DNA of 64,000 bases, taken from the IMG/VR virus record IMGVR_UViG_3300031772_000017. One strand, 5' to 3'. Positions 46,734 through 56,093 of the stretch are shown piece after piece; within the stretch, counting starts at the first letter, position 1, and each line of letters begins with the position of its first letter. The notes below the pieces were generated by a model, which was not told where the DNA came from, made no database searches, and was given only the letters and a program-made list of their open reading frames with translations. Made by a program: the position numbers and the translations under genes. Source of the stretch: an uncultured virus (IMG/VR IMGVR_UViG_3300031772_000017). Lineage: Duplodnaviria; Heunggongvirae; Uroviricota; Caudoviricetes.

Positions 46734-47665
46734 AGAAAATCACAAGTAGCCATGAGTTCCACTAGCAGAGCAGTGAGGTTTATTTGGTGATCTGCAACAA
46801 ATGCGCTCTTGTACTGATAGTCTGCAATCAGAAGTACCGCCTGGGGTACTGATTCGGGTTTCAAGAAAGTTGTTAAGTTATCATAAAGCTTGCGGAAGAA
46901 TGTCGAAGATTCGATATCGTGTGTTCCGACCCATCTTCTGAGTGAACCAAAGTCCTTGTCCTTCAGATATTTGACAATCTCTGTGACATCTGCATCACTC
47001 AGTTGTGCAAGAATCCCCACATCGATCTTCCCAAACGTCGAATAGCGTTGCAGTTCACCGATAGTGCGCCGAAAATCGGGGAAGAATTTCATAATGAATT
47101 CCACAAGAGAAGACTTATCAAACTCCACAGATTCATGTTTCAGAATGTGTTGAATGCGTGCAAAGAATTCCGCGGCCATCTTTTGCTTTTCAGTACCCTT
47201 GAGCGTGAAGTCCACAACTGCACATCTAGAGTGCAGGGGAGAAATAATTCGATCCTTGAAATTACACGTAAAAATGAACGAACAGTTTCCTGCAAATTCT
47301 TCCATTGCATTACGAAGAGCAGGTTGTATGGAATTTGGATTGAGATAGTCCGCTTCATCGATGATAATGACTTTGCGGCCGTTTCCCTCCAAGGAAAGTG
47401 AGGAAGCATAGTGCTTAATCTTGTTCCTAAAAAGTTCGATACCATTTTCGTCAGACCCGTTTACAAGGAGATAGTCACAGCCGACCTCTTTGCACATGGC
47501 GATGGCAATGGTGGTTTTCCCAATTCCCGCACCTCCATGTAGGAGCAGGTTCGGAATCATTTTCTGCTTCACATACTCACTGAATGGATGCTTCAGTCGT
47601 TCTGGTAAAATACACTCCGCGACCGTAGCAGGACGATATTTTTCAGTCCACAAAACATGTTCCAT
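46730..47665 (-). CDS. 44: clamp loader large subunit gp44
   Basis: WTEKYRP, GGAGIGKTT, IIDEAD, SRC, FPDFRR. Confidence 0.95.
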   Translation of the reverse strand: MEHVLWTEKYRPATVAECILPERLKHPFSEYVKQKMIPNLLLHGGAGIGKTTIAIAMCKEVGCDYLLVNGSDENGIELFRNKIKHYASSLSLEGNGRKVIIIDEADYLNPNSIQPALRNAMEEFAGNCSFIFTCNFKDRIISPLHSRCAVVDFTLKGTEKQKMAAEFFARIQHILKHESVEFDKSSLVEFIMKFFPDFRRTIGELQRYSTFGKIDVGILAQLSDADVTEIVKYLKDKDFGSLRRWVGTHDIESSTFFRKLYDNLTTFLKPESVPQAVLLIADYQYKSAFVADHQINLTALLVELMATCDFL

Positions 47666-47689
47666 TAAAACTCCTTCTTTGAGTGCATA

Positions 47690-48358
47690 TTATTTGGTAC
47701 GTTTTTCTAAGGCAACCCAATACTGAAGCTTGCGAGACGTATTTGAAAAATGTGCGGCATTCTTGGAGGAGATTGTCACCGTATACGAACCCGGCATCAT
47801 CACCCAGTTTGCAGTCTTAAATAGGAAATGAAAATCATCACCAGTATGAGGACAGATTTGAATGGTGTCTGTGTGGGCGGAATCGTCCTGTGCATCCATC
47901 GCTCGTAAACTAATGAAACCATCAACCCCCTCTACTGTGATGTTCGGTGACCCTAGCACAGAAGCGGATCGCATAATCCAGTTATAATCAACCTCAGTTA
48001 ATAGGAAGGTTGCGTCTGAGGTCAGCAGTTCAATATTTTTTTCTGGAGGAGTCTTGATGTTTGTCTCATTGCAGCAACGGTAGGTGATTTTACTTCGTCC
48101 GTCGAGACCTTCAATAACAATGTCATTTCCACGGAGGGTCCACTCAGGACTCCCCTTCGATAGTGATAGGATGCCGAGAAGTTGATTGAGTTCATACACA
48201 CAGAAGTCAGCGGGTATTGTTTCGTCAATGGTGGCTTCAGCTAGGACAGTTTTCCCTGTGCTGAGGCTTCTTAGAAGGTTGCCCTTCCTGAAAAATATAC
48301 CAGTGTTAAATGTCGCGTAATTCTTAAGAATTTCAAGCGTATTCACAGAGAGTTTCAT
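47690..48358 (-). CDS. 45: sliding clamp gp45
   Basis: MKLSVNTLEILKNYATFN, YELNQLL, C-terminal YWVALE. Confidence 0.92.
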   Translation of the reverse strand: MKLSVNTLEILKNYATFNTGIFFRKGNLLRSLSTGKTVLAEATIDETIPADFCVYELNQLLGILSLSKGSPEWTLRGNDIVIEGLDGRSKITYRCCNETNIKTPPEKNIELLTSDATFLLTEVDYNWIMRSASVLGSPNITVEGVDGFISLRAMDAQDDSAHTDTIQICPHTGDDFHFLFKTANWVMMPGSYTVTISSKNAAHFSNTSRKLQYWVALEKRTK

Positions 48359-48387
48359 AAAATACCTCACAAGTTAATAATAAATTC

Positions 48388-48416
48388 AGTGTAGCACAAC
48401 AGAGCAGAGAAGTCAA
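48388..48416 (-). promoter_or_regulatory. sigma70-like promoter for the 45-44-62 genes
   Basis: TTGACT-17 nt-TACACT with an extended -10 TG. Confidence 0.7.
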
Positions 48417-49082
48417 TCACATTCGTATGCGGTTATCAGATGTTGTTCTTACTGGTAAGATTCGTTGAAACACTTCATGATTTTGAACAACAAAACGCAC
48501 ATTGTCTCGTAGATCGGAAAGTGTACCGTCGTTGTAGATTGTGTGATTGATCGGGCATCCAATCCAATCCCATTCGGATTGGTGTACCCCAATCATTTCG
48601 GTGGGTGAGAGTCCTTCGCAATTCACCTTCCAAGCAGTCTCGTACCACACAGGGTCAGGTCCGCGACGAACCCGTACAATGATCCCACCTTCCTCTTGAA
48701 TTGCTCTGATTTCGTTCCTGAATCGAACATCAGTGACTACGGTAGAATTCGTGCCTTGATTGTGTCGATTCAGTAAACTTATTACCCACAAGTCCTGATG
48801 AAACACATTGCGTCCTGCTTCAGTGCCCATCAGTTGCAGAGCAAGCCGCGGAGTGAAGGGGTAGTTGAATTTCCCACTCCAGAATTCATCGGGTTGTTCG
48901 CGCCAGTCACGCGATGCTTTGGATGCACCTTCTAGCATCTGTCGATCCCACCCAAAGATATTAGCCACGGCATCTTTGAGCGGTGCCGCAAAGGAGTCTT
49001 GGACAAAGCCGTGATCCTGTACGAGAAAATCTCCTACAGTTCCCTTGCCCGCTCCTATCAGCCCAACTAATCCCAAGATCAT
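48417..49082 (-). CDS. 1: deoxynucleoside monophosphate kinase (gp1-like)
   Basis: GLIGAGKGT, SFAAPLKD, TPRLALQLMGTE, TDVRFRNE, HQSE. Confidence 0.9.
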   Translation of the reverse strand: MILGLVGLIGAGKGTVGDFLVQDHGFVQDSFAAPLKDAVANIFGWDRQMLEGASKASRDWREQPDEFWSGKFNYPFTPRLALQLMGTEAGRNVFHQDLWVISLLNRHNQGTNSTVVTDVRFRNEIRAIQEEGGIIVRVRRGPDPVWYETAWKVNCEGLSPTEMIGVHQSEWDWIGCPINHTIYNDGTLSDLRDNVRFVVQNHEVFQRILPVRTTSDNRIRM

Positions 49083-49096
49083 AATATAGACTCCTC

Positions 49097-49897
49097 TTAG
49101 AGTTTGCCTGTCAACTCGGCAATTTTTGCCATGTTCCCAGTGAACGCGTAAGTCCCAATATGCTGAGTTTGAATCCAGGGACACAACCAAATCTTTCCAC
49201 CAATGCGACGATACCATTGGCAGAAGGCGTAATCTTCCGAGAGGTATCGCTCTGACACCTTATCAATTTCCGTGTCAAAAAAGGCGTGTATGTAACGATC
49301 CCCACTGAAATTCTTCTGACCAACGTGATCTGGACGATACCTCTTCTCAGGATACGCAGCAGCCCATATGTCGAATACTTCTCGCTTGATAAGCATATAC
49401 CCCGTGCCAATCTCCATGACTTCCAGTGGTTCAGAGACTTGGATTCTCTCAGTGCCTTTTACGACATTGAAAACATAATCACCGACAACAGACTCAAGTT
49501 CCTTGGGGTCCAAATTCGGGTGATTGCGGGCAGCAGTGGCCACGTTTCCCCAGTTGATTGCCTTCTTCGGGTAGGGGGCACCAATAACTTCCTTATCCAA
49601 AGCCAACATAGCAATGATATCTTGAGGATTAAAGTGAACGTCCGCATCGATGAAAAGAAGGTGTGTGAAGTCCGTTCGCAGAAACTCATCAACGAGATAG
49701 TTGCGGGCGCGGGTGATGAGGGATTCATTGAAAATGAACGAGAACCTAGACGTGATTCCATATTGTTGAAAAATGGTCTGGAGGTCAAGCGCCGATTTCA
49801 TATACATACCGAGACACATCCCCCCATACATGGGGGTCGCAATGAAAATTCTGTTCTTGCGTAACTGCTCAATGTCAATTTTTATCTCCAAGTTCAC
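49097..49897 (-). CDS. GT-A fold (glycosyltransferase-like) phage protein
   Basis: IATPMYGG, NESLITRARN, LLFIDAD, GTGYMLIKR, LSEDYAFC. Confidence 0.75.
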   Translation of the reverse strand: MNLEIKIDIEQLRKNRIFIATPMYGGMCLGMYMKSALDLQTIFQQYGITSRFSFIFNESLITRARNYLVDEFLRTDFTHLLFIDADVHFNPQDIIAMLALDKEVIGAPYPKKAINWGNVATAARNHPNLDPKELESVVGDYVFNVVKGTERIQVSEPLEVMEIGTGYMLIKREVFDIWAAAYPEKRYRPDHVGQKNFSGDRYIHAFFDTEIDKVSERYLSEDYAFCQWYRRIGGKIWLCPWIQTQHIGTYAFTGNMAKIAELTGKL

Positions 49898-49935
49898 CTC
49901 CGTTAAATAAAATAGCTCATAGCACTATATAGTCG

Positions 49936-50028
49936 TCAGTTTCTTGGGTCACTCAGGTACCATTCAATAATTCCTAGGAAGATAAGACCTAGACCGATCA
50001 AAATAACAAACCAAACCCACGCTTCCAT
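49936..50028 (-). CDS. small membrane peptide (30 aa)
   Basis: Translated by hand: MEAWVWFVILIGLGLIFLGIIEWYLSDPRN; coupled to the dCMP deaminase stop. Confidence 0.45.
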   Translation of the reverse strand: MEAWVWFVILIGLGLIFLGIIEWYLSDPRN

Positions 50029-50510
50029 TATGCTGTTCCTGCTTTTTCTATAAGACTCGGAATCAAGACAACTTGCACCGCAGCTTCGTGATATAGCGTT
50101 TGACTCAGTTCAATAGACTTTTCCCATCGGGGATTGAAACTTAAAGGAGCGACGACTCGCTTGATCCCTGCATTGATGATGATGGCAGTGCATTTCGAGC
50201 AAGACAAGAACGGCCATAGGTAGAGTGTCGTTCCCTCTAATGGTTGAGTTGCAAAGAGGAGTGCATTGATTTCCGCATGGACGACCATGGAATACTTAAC
50301 TTCACGGTCATTCAAGCGTTCGGGAGTGTCCTTCACACCGCGAGGGAACCCATTGTACCCCATGCTAATTACACGGTTGCGTCTGTCTACAATCACAGCA
50401 CCGACCTGTGTAGAGGGGTCCTTTGAAGCAGTTGAGGTATATTGAGCCATTCCAATAAACCACTTATCCCAAAATCCAATGGGACGTTTTGACTTCTCAC
50501 CATTCCACAT
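50028..50510 (-). CDS. cd: dCMP deaminase
   Basis: SKDPSTQVGA, GYNGFPRG, VHAEINA, SCSKC. Confidence 0.92.
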   Translation of the reverse strand: MWNGEKSKRPIGFWDKWFIGMAQYTSTASKDPSTQVGAVIVDRRNRVISMGYNGFPRGVKDTPERLNDREVKYSMVVHAEINALLFATQPLEGTTLYLWPFLSCSKCTAIIINAGIKRVVAPLSFNPRWEKSIELSQTLYHEAAVQVVLIPSLIEKAGTA

Positions 50511-50531
50511 GCTTCATTCCCTTCAATATAG

Positions 50532-50939
50532 TCAATTGTTTTCCTCACCCATGTACAAAAAGCGCATGTGTTTGGCATCAGGCCATTTGGAGTTGCTGTG
50601 AGGACAGACTGCATAGTGTGTGCATTGCAACTTCGTTAATTTGATTGGATAGAGAGACACAGCCCACTGAGGAAACCAGCGTTGTTTGAAATGATCCCAC
50701 CATGTTGCAGGAACATAATAAAAAGTTTCCGCACCCTTGGGACCCTGTAACATATAGGTTCGTAGTCCGAGTCTGAAAGACATAGAAGCGTAGTCGATCA
50801 TGTGGTCAATGGAAGCTTTATCTGCGAGGCTGTAATTGAGTGGGAAATCCACAGAGCAATTGATCCGATGTCGTTCTAGCAGCACTTCCTTGATGTGGAC
50901 GATAGAATTCTCATCATAAGTCATGATACGTCTCCTCAT
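50532..50939 (-). CDS. hypothetical protein
   Basis: 135-aa ORF; PATWWDHFKQRWFP motif. Confidence 0.65.
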   Translation of the reverse strand: MRRRIMTYDENSIVHIKEVLLERHRINCSVDFPLNYSLADKASIDHMIDYASMSFRLGLRTYMLQGPKGAETFYYVPATWWDHFKQRWFPQWAVSLYPIKLTKLQCTHYAVCPHSNSKWPDAKHMRFLYMGEENN

Positions 50940-50940
50940 A

Positions 50941-50976
50941 AAGAAAAGTAGGGAACCCCATTGCGAGGTTCCCTAC
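50941..50976 (-). terminator. intrinsic terminator
   Basis: Perfect 10-bp stem GTAGGGAACC/GGTTCCCTAC followed by TTTTCTTT on the minus strand. Confidence 0.8.
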
Positions 50977-51073
50977 CTGCGAGCGGAACGAATCTAGAAT
51001 GATTCGCGCTTCACTATCCCTGAGATCGCATAAAACCCTCCATTTGAATAAAAGGTTTAATGCACAAACGACA
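50941..51073 (-). ncRNA. candidate small RNA or minigene transcript (~130 nt)
   Basis: Bounded by its own promoter and terminator; three hairpins; only a 5-codon ORF (MRSQG) inside. Confidence 0.45.
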
Positions 51074-51079
51074 AGGAAT

Positions 51080-51109
51080 ATCATAACACATTTTTTACTC
51101 ATTTGTCAA
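51080..51109 (-). promoter_or_regulatory. sigma70-like promoter
   Basis: TTGACA-18 nt-TATGAT with an extended -10 TG. Confidence 0.75.
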
Positions 51110-51308
51110 GTGCTTTCTCATCTACAGATTTTGCGAACGGGACGTGAAATAATCCGCGTCCAGCACGGGCGCACTTGTCCTTTGTGAGCCATTGGGGCTC
51201 CTTCATGTTGTGCTGCTTCATAATCCCCTGAATATCCTTCATATCGACGACTTGTTTGCCCGTTTCAATCAATAGGGAAGTGAATTTTAGGACGTTCTGG
51301 ACACTCAT
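51099..51308 (-). CDS. hypothetical protein
   Basis: 69-aa ORF with a GGAG RBS; PQWL..RAGRGLF motif. Confidence 0.6.
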   Translation of the reverse strand: MSVQNVLKFTSLLIETGKQVVDMKDIQGIMKQHNMKEPQWLTKDKCARAGRGLFHVPFAKSVDEKALDK

Positions 51309-51364
51309 ATGTGCTCCAATGTATGGTTAACGTGAAATCGGGGTTCCTGAGCCCGTTTTAACCC

Positions 51365-52978
51365 CTACTGGGGCTTCTTAAAGATGAAGATGGGTTCATA
51401 TTTGAGCCACAATTTAGGTTTATTTCCATCCTTGATCTTACAGAAGTGTTTTGCTTTCGGTAATCCAGTTTCTTTGTCAAGTCGATTGCCCCCCGGCATA
51501 GACGCGAGACACATTTTAAGCGGAGTCTCCTCAATCATTCCCAGTTCCTTGAGAAATTTCCTGGAATCTTCCTCAAGCGGAAGCGTCTCCCCCGCAAACA
51601 CAACATCAGCAATGTTCCACGCAAGATAGCCCCCTGGACGCAACCATTCCACGGCAGTTTTCAGTGTCTCTTTGAGGAATCCATCTCTCCATGCTGCATA
51701 CTCCCCAAACTTCTTATAGGATTGACCCTCATCTTCCGAATATGCTTCCTTTGAAAAGTACGGGGGACTGGTAAATACGAGACTCAACTTTCCACGAAAG
51801 AGTTGAAACCCAGGATCAAATTGCATCTCCTCAGAACCCATCTGCCAAAAACCGAATTCAGTGTGTTTTTTCGGCCATAGATTTCCTGTATCCCTGTTTA
51901 CATTGTCTCGGTAGAAATCATACAATTCATGGTACTTCGTGCGTCCAGGAGTTGTATTATGATCCGTGTTAGGATCGTTCGCAAGATAGACGATGTGCCT
52001 ATCCATGTCCACGGACATAGCACCAAGCAAACGTCCTCCCCATCCCGCAGAGGGGTCCCATACAAAAATCTTCTTTTCATGCTTCCATTCTTCAGTATAC
52101 TTTTCAAAGACGTACTTAGCAATGAGCGGGGGAAAGTTGACTGCATATTGACAGAAGCTAATACGGAACGCTTTCAGACCAATGGGGAATAATTTTTGTC
52201 CCTTCTCATAGACACGGATAACATAAGACTCCCCTTCTTTGTTGCTGACTTGTGTTTTGCAGTGTTCGGGAAGGATGGAGAGTTCTTTCACGTCTTGTTG
52301 AGTCACACGAAGATTTGTGAGTGCTCGCATCTCCTCACTGTATCCTGTGTATTTTTCTTCAGAATTTGCACAGAGGAAATAATCCCACTTGCGTTGACGA
52401 AACGTACCCGCTTCAAATGCTTTGATCCACTCTGGACCTGTTTCTGCTACGGGCAACACTCCATATCGTTCATTCTCCATGACTCGCACAGGAACCGAGT
52501 ACGAGTAGAAGCTGTCACGCTTAAAGTGCCGCTTTGCATATGTATGGAAGGTATTAAATAGTTCGTCCTTTGAGAAGAAATCATAGATGGACTTCCCTGC
52601 TGATGTATCGGAAGTATAGTTGATTCGCGTTTTCATCATCGTAGGGAAGAATTGATTCACCGCGTTCCCTAGTGTTTTAGTGGAACGAAAGACAGAACCT
52701 TTAGCCTTTGTTGTTTCACCCGCATGAAGATCATTGAATATGGATTTTGTGAATGTCTCTTTTTCCATCCCTCTAAACTGTTCGATGATTTCGGATTCAT
52801 CGTATCCTACTCGCGGTGGTTGCCCCCTCTCATCCCACAAGTAGACTACAAACTTCCTGAGATCACGCACCCATTGTTCAAAGTCTGCATCGGACATGAG
52901 TAAGATGTCCTCAAACTTCTTGTTGAGGTCACTGTCGATCATCTCACTGTTGCGTTCGTAAAAGTATTTTTTACCCAT
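51365..52978 (-). CDS. large amino-type (N4-C/N6-A) DNA methyltransferase-like protein
   Basis: WDPSAGWGGRLLG (SAM binding), FTSPPYF (catalytic), LRPGG, KYEPIFIF. Confidence 0.8.
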   Translation of the reverse strand: MGKKYFYERNSEMIDSDLNKKFEDILLMSDADFEQWVRDLRKFVVYLWDERGQPPRVGYDESEIIEQFRGMEKETFTKSIFNDLHAGETTKAKGSVFRSTKTLGNAVNQFFPTMMKTRINYTSDTSAGKSIYDFFSKDELFNTFHTYAKRHFKRDSFYSYSVPVRVMENERYGVLPVAETGPEWIKAFEAGTFRQRKWDYFLCANSEEKYTGYSEEMRALTNLRVTQQDVKELSILPEHCKTQVSNKEGESYVIRVYEKGQKLFPIGLKAFRISFCQYAVNFPPLIAKYVFEKYTEEWKHEKKIFVWDPSAGWGGRLLGAMSVDMDRHIVYLANDPNTDHNTTPGRTKYHELYDFYRDNVNRDTGNLWPKKHTEFGFWQMGSEEMQFDPGFQLFRGKLSLVFTSPPYFSKEAYSEDEGQSYKKFGEYAAWRDGFLKETLKTAVEWLRPGGYLAWNIADVVFAGETLPLEEDSRKFLKELGMIEETPLKMCLASMPGGNRLDKETGLPKAKHFCKIKDGNKPKLWLKYEPIFIFKKPQ

Positions 52979-52981
52979 GAA

Positions 52982-53605
52982 TCATTCCGGTAATTGTCCA
53001 GAAGTAGACTTTATTATAGTTGAGAGTGAATTCGGTTTTGCGTTAGAACGTGTGCTATCATGTGCCACATTCATCAATGTTGATTTACCAAACATTCTAT
53101 GATACAACCAAATGCACAATGATTCTAACATGTGTGTATCTACTAACATATCTTTGCGTTCTTGATCTGGAAGGTTTGTATCTGGTGCTAGGACATTTAT
53201 GTATAGTTTCCAAGTAGGATTTGCTCGTTCAACTGCAACAAGATCATGATATTTTTTTTCAACTTTTGGATCATCTAATCTTGCTTTCTTTATATTGGGG
53301 TGATGATCCCTCCAACGATCATGCACTGGTGTTTTTGCCATGTCTCCTCTTCTGGTTCTTCCATTCTTTACGTCAATTCTATATAGGTTGCAATTTCCTC
53401 CCGCTCGTCCAAAATAAAGTGTATATACCAGCCATTGTGGGAAATCAAGCTCAGAAGGACGCTTTGGACAAACTGCCAGGGCATAATTACACACTGAATG
53501 GTGCTTTGAAAACTCTCCCATCTCCTCTTCAGAGAACCATCCTTTATTATCGAATTTAGTCCATGACAGTAGAAGTTTGAATACCAACTCACGAATAATT
53601 TGCAT
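52982..53605 (-). CDS. hypothetical protein (AT-richer; possibly a nuclease-like insertion)
   Basis: 207-aa ORF; weak Y..LYFGRAG..R..H..E..N pattern reminiscent of GIY-YIG. Confidence 0.55.
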   Translation of the reverse strand: MQIIRELVFKLLLSWTKFDNKGWFSEEEMGEFSKHHSVCNYALAVCPKRPSELDFPQWLVYTLYFGRAGGNCNLYRIDVKNGRTRRGDMAKTPVHDRWRDHHPNIKKARLDDPKVEKKYHDLVAVERANPTWKLYINVLAPDTNLPDQERKDMLVDTHMLESLCIWLYHRMFGKSTLMNVAHDSTRSNAKPNSLSTIIKSTSGQLPE

Positions 53606-53607
53606 AA

Positions 53608-54528
53608 TTACAGTCCCTCTCTGATGATTTGCTCAACTTCCCCAATGCGAGGACGTTTCCCCACGCACCAGAACATCGTCTTTTCTTTTGAAACATCGAT
53701 GTTCTTTGTCAACCAGTCATAAGCCTTACCCTCATAGAGGTCATCCATGTAGTCTCCGTTTACAAGGAAGTCGAAGGGTTTAGAATATGGTGATTTATGC
53801 GCTACCATTTCAACGGGGTGATACTCGGAAGGAGTTGTCTGGTAAATGTCTCTGAAGTATCCTGTGAGTTGCTTTTCGCGTGTCGGCCCGACACAGACAC
53901 TTACAATGCGCTTGACTTTTTTGTGATAGCGTTTGAGTCCAAGCAGAATACCAGTGAGTTGAATTGCGACACCGGAAGGAATGATGAGATTATCGAGTTC
54001 ATCGGGAATGTTAATCACTTGCTCCGCAGTTGATTCAAAGATCGCCCTCGGATTCTCGTCCATGAGTTCACCCATCTCAATAGGGAGATAGTTCAATTCC
54101 TCGGCAATCTTGTGCATACGGGCATGAATCACTGCGGTCATTCCATGTCCTGCAACAATGCGAATCGTAGACCCATAGTAGCGAGTCAGCTTCATCATAT
54201 GATGAGTCAGTAGCTTCTCCGGTGTCGTTCCTCCCACACAGGAGATGCACTTCACGCCGTAGTGCTGAGCGACTTTTGCGATGTTCGCTGATTGAGGGGA
54301 ATAGACGGAGGCCGCTGTCACAACTCCATTGTCATAGCGGCCCCTCAGTTCGTCTATCTTTGCACGGAATACCATGATCGCTTGACGCACTTTACCACCA
54401 TTGACGTGAAAATCTCCAAATGGTTTGAAGAGATCATCACGTTTCCAGTAGAGTCCAGCATATTCCTGAACGGGAGTTACGCTGTTTAATGCGTTATCAA
54501 TATCAGCTTCCGTAGTCATAACAAGCAC
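53608..54528 (-). CDS. PLP-dependent fold-type II enzyme (ACC deaminase/D-cysteine desulfhydrase-like)
   Basis: WKRDDL..NGGKVRQ (PLP lysine), SPQ, IIPSGVAI, DDLYEGKA. Confidence 0.8.
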   Translation of the reverse strand: MLVMTTEADIDNALNSVTPVQEYAGLYWKRDDLFKPFGDFHVNGGKVRQAIMVFRAKIDELRGRYDNGVVTAASVYSPQSANIAKVAQHYGVKCISCVGGTTPEKLLTHHMMKLTRYYGSTIRIVAGHGMTAVIHARMHKIAEELNYLPIEMGELMDENPRAIFESTAEQVINIPDELDNLIIPSGVAIQLTGILLGLKRYHKKVKRIVSVCVGPTREKQLTGYFRDIYQTTPSEYHPVEMVAHKSPYSKPFDFLVNGDYMDDLYEGKAYDWLTKNIDVSKEKTMFWCVGKRPRIGEVEQIIREGL

Positions 54529-54556
54529 TCCATAATATAATTACACACAATCACGT

Positions 54557-54585
54557 ATTATAACAAACTTTACTTAGGAAGTCAA
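54557..54585 (-). promoter_or_regulatory. sigma70-like promoter for the PLP enzyme-methyltransferase unit
   Basis: TTGACT-17 nt-TATAAT with an extended -10 TG. Confidence 0.85.
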
Positions 54586-55196
54586 GGATTTACTGCATCA
54601 GGGCCCGTCATATCCACAGTTTTTGTGACTCCTGTTCGGTAGCTCCCCAAGGATTGTGAAGTCGTGCAATATGCGGCACGCACACCATCGGGAGTTGCAA
54701 CGAATTGTCTTGAATTCACAGCCGCGAAGTTCATCTTTGATCCTGCTGCAAACGCATCGATGTTTGCTCCCAAGAACACGAACTGCCACTTGTAGATGTC
54801 CTGCTGATGTTTCACAGTATTCTTGACATCTTCCAGTTTTGCAACTTTCGACGTATTCTCTTCTCCATCTGTGATAATCACGAACACGACACGGTCAGGA
54901 CGATCCTGTTCTGCTTTTGCACTCAGTCTCTCCCCTTCCTTCGTGATCGCTTCTGCGACTGCATCCAAGAGAGCGGTTGATCCACTAGGAACATAGTTCC
55001 AAGTCGTCAGAAGATCGAAATTCTTCACTTCCTGCACGTTCCCATCAAACGTATAGAGGGAAGTTGTAATTGTGCCGGGTATGTCTTTCTGTGCTGCAAC
55101 GAGGGAATTGACTCCCTCAATCGTCGCTTGCTGCAAGTGTCCCATTGAACCGGACTTATCGAGCACAAGAACCAAATGCGTGTAATTCTGCTTCAT
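54582..55196 (-). CDS. von Willebrand factor A domain protein
   Basis: MIDAS DKSGSM, GSTALLDA, IITDGEENTS, WQFVFLGAN. Confidence 0.9.
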   Translation of the reverse strand: MKQNYTHLVLVLDKSGSMGHLQQATIEGVNSLVAAQKDIPGTITTSLYTFDGNVQEVKNFDLLTTWNYVPSGSTALLDAVAEAITKEGERLSAKAEQDRPDRVVFVIITDGEENTSKVAKLEDVKNTVKHQQDIYKWQFVFLGANIDAFAAGSKMNFAAVNSRQFVATPDGVRAAYCTTSQSLGSYRTGVTKTVDMTGPDAVNP

Positions 55197-55277
55197 ACGT
55201 ACCCCCGTTGGTTAATAAACTGACTATGCTCATGGGGTCACCACCACATGGATTTACTGCATCAGGGCCCGTCATAT
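54586..55277. repeat. 28-bp perfect direct repeat bracketing the vWA gene
   Basis: GGATTTACTGCATCAGGGCCCGTCATAT at 54586-54613 and 55250-55277. Confidence 0.92.
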
Positions 55278-55343
55278 AATCGCTCCACATATTCTTGTGC
55301 GGTTTCGACATATGTTCCATTGAGCATCCTACGTAGGCTCATC

Positions 55344-55607
55344 TTACGCTGCTCCTTTCACGAAAGCTCGCATGGGTAATGGTCGATGCTGTCCATTGGC
55401 ATCACCACGTCTCAGAAGTTCTTTAGCAATATGTCGGCTTTGAATATCGGCGGGAGTGCCTCGCTTGTAGGTTTTCTGACCAAAGATTCGATGTAATGTG
55501 GCTAGTTGTTCATGATCCATTTCCCAGACTCGTCGAATGACTTGTTCAGGTTGAGTTTCATATCCCAAACTGTATTTGAATCTGAGCCACCATCCCATGA
55601 TTTTCAT
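55344..55607 (-). CDS. hypothetical protein
   Basis: 87-aa ORF in the gene run. Confidence 0.55.
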   Translation of the reverse strand: MKIMGWWLRFKYSLGYETQPEQVIRRVWEMDHEQLATLHRIFGQKTYKRGTPADIQSRHIAKELLRRGDANGQHRPLPMRAFVKGAA

Positions 55608-55705
55608 ATTATTTTCCTTCCCATGATTTTCATAAGTTTTTGTGACTCCTCAGCAACAGCGAGCGATGCAAACAGTGTTTTCAAAAAGTTGCGTCTATTC
55701 AACAT
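55604..55705 (-). CDS. 33-aa peptide consisting of a twin-arginine (Tat)-like signal
   Basis: Translated by hand: MLNRRNFLKTLFASLAVAEESQKLMKIMGRKII; AAGGA RBS; stop overlaps the next ATG. Confidence 0.5.
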   Translation of the reverse strand: MLNRRNFLKTLFASLAVAEESQKLMKIMGRKII

Positions 55706-56093
55706 AGAGAGTTCCTTCATATGGTTGATAGATTGTTTGAAGCCCCTGCTCAGTGTAGACAAACACTTTTATGTTCTGCTTTCGTGCTTGATTCACCATG
55801 TTGAGGGTACCCTTTGAATTCTTGATGTCATTATGGAACGCAACAACTAGGTCGGGCTTCCCCTCAGTGAGCATTTGTGTGTTGCGAATTGGACCAGCGG
55901 CTCTACCGTACTTATCCCAATCGGCGGGAAACTTTAGCACTTGAATACCAAAATACTCAGCCGCATCCCTGGACAAAGAATCTGCTCCTTTAGTTTCCCC
56001 CTCAATCACAACATCAGGCTTAAAGTACGTCATTATATCACAAATGACTTTGTAATTGGTCCAATTTCTATCTCCACAAAATAAAACTCTCAT
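55695..56093 (-). CDS. SLOG-family protein (DUF2493/YspA-like)
   Basis: LFCGDRNW, GETKGADS, PADWDKYGRAAGPIRN..M, SKGT..MV. Confidence 0.85.
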   Translation of the reverse strand: MRVLFCGDRNWTNYKVICDIMTYFKPDVVIEGETKGADSLSRDAAEYFGIQVLKFPADWDKYGRAAGPIRNTQMLTEGKPDLVVAFHNDIKNSKGTLNMVNQARKQNIKVFVYTEQGLQTIYQPYEGTLYVE

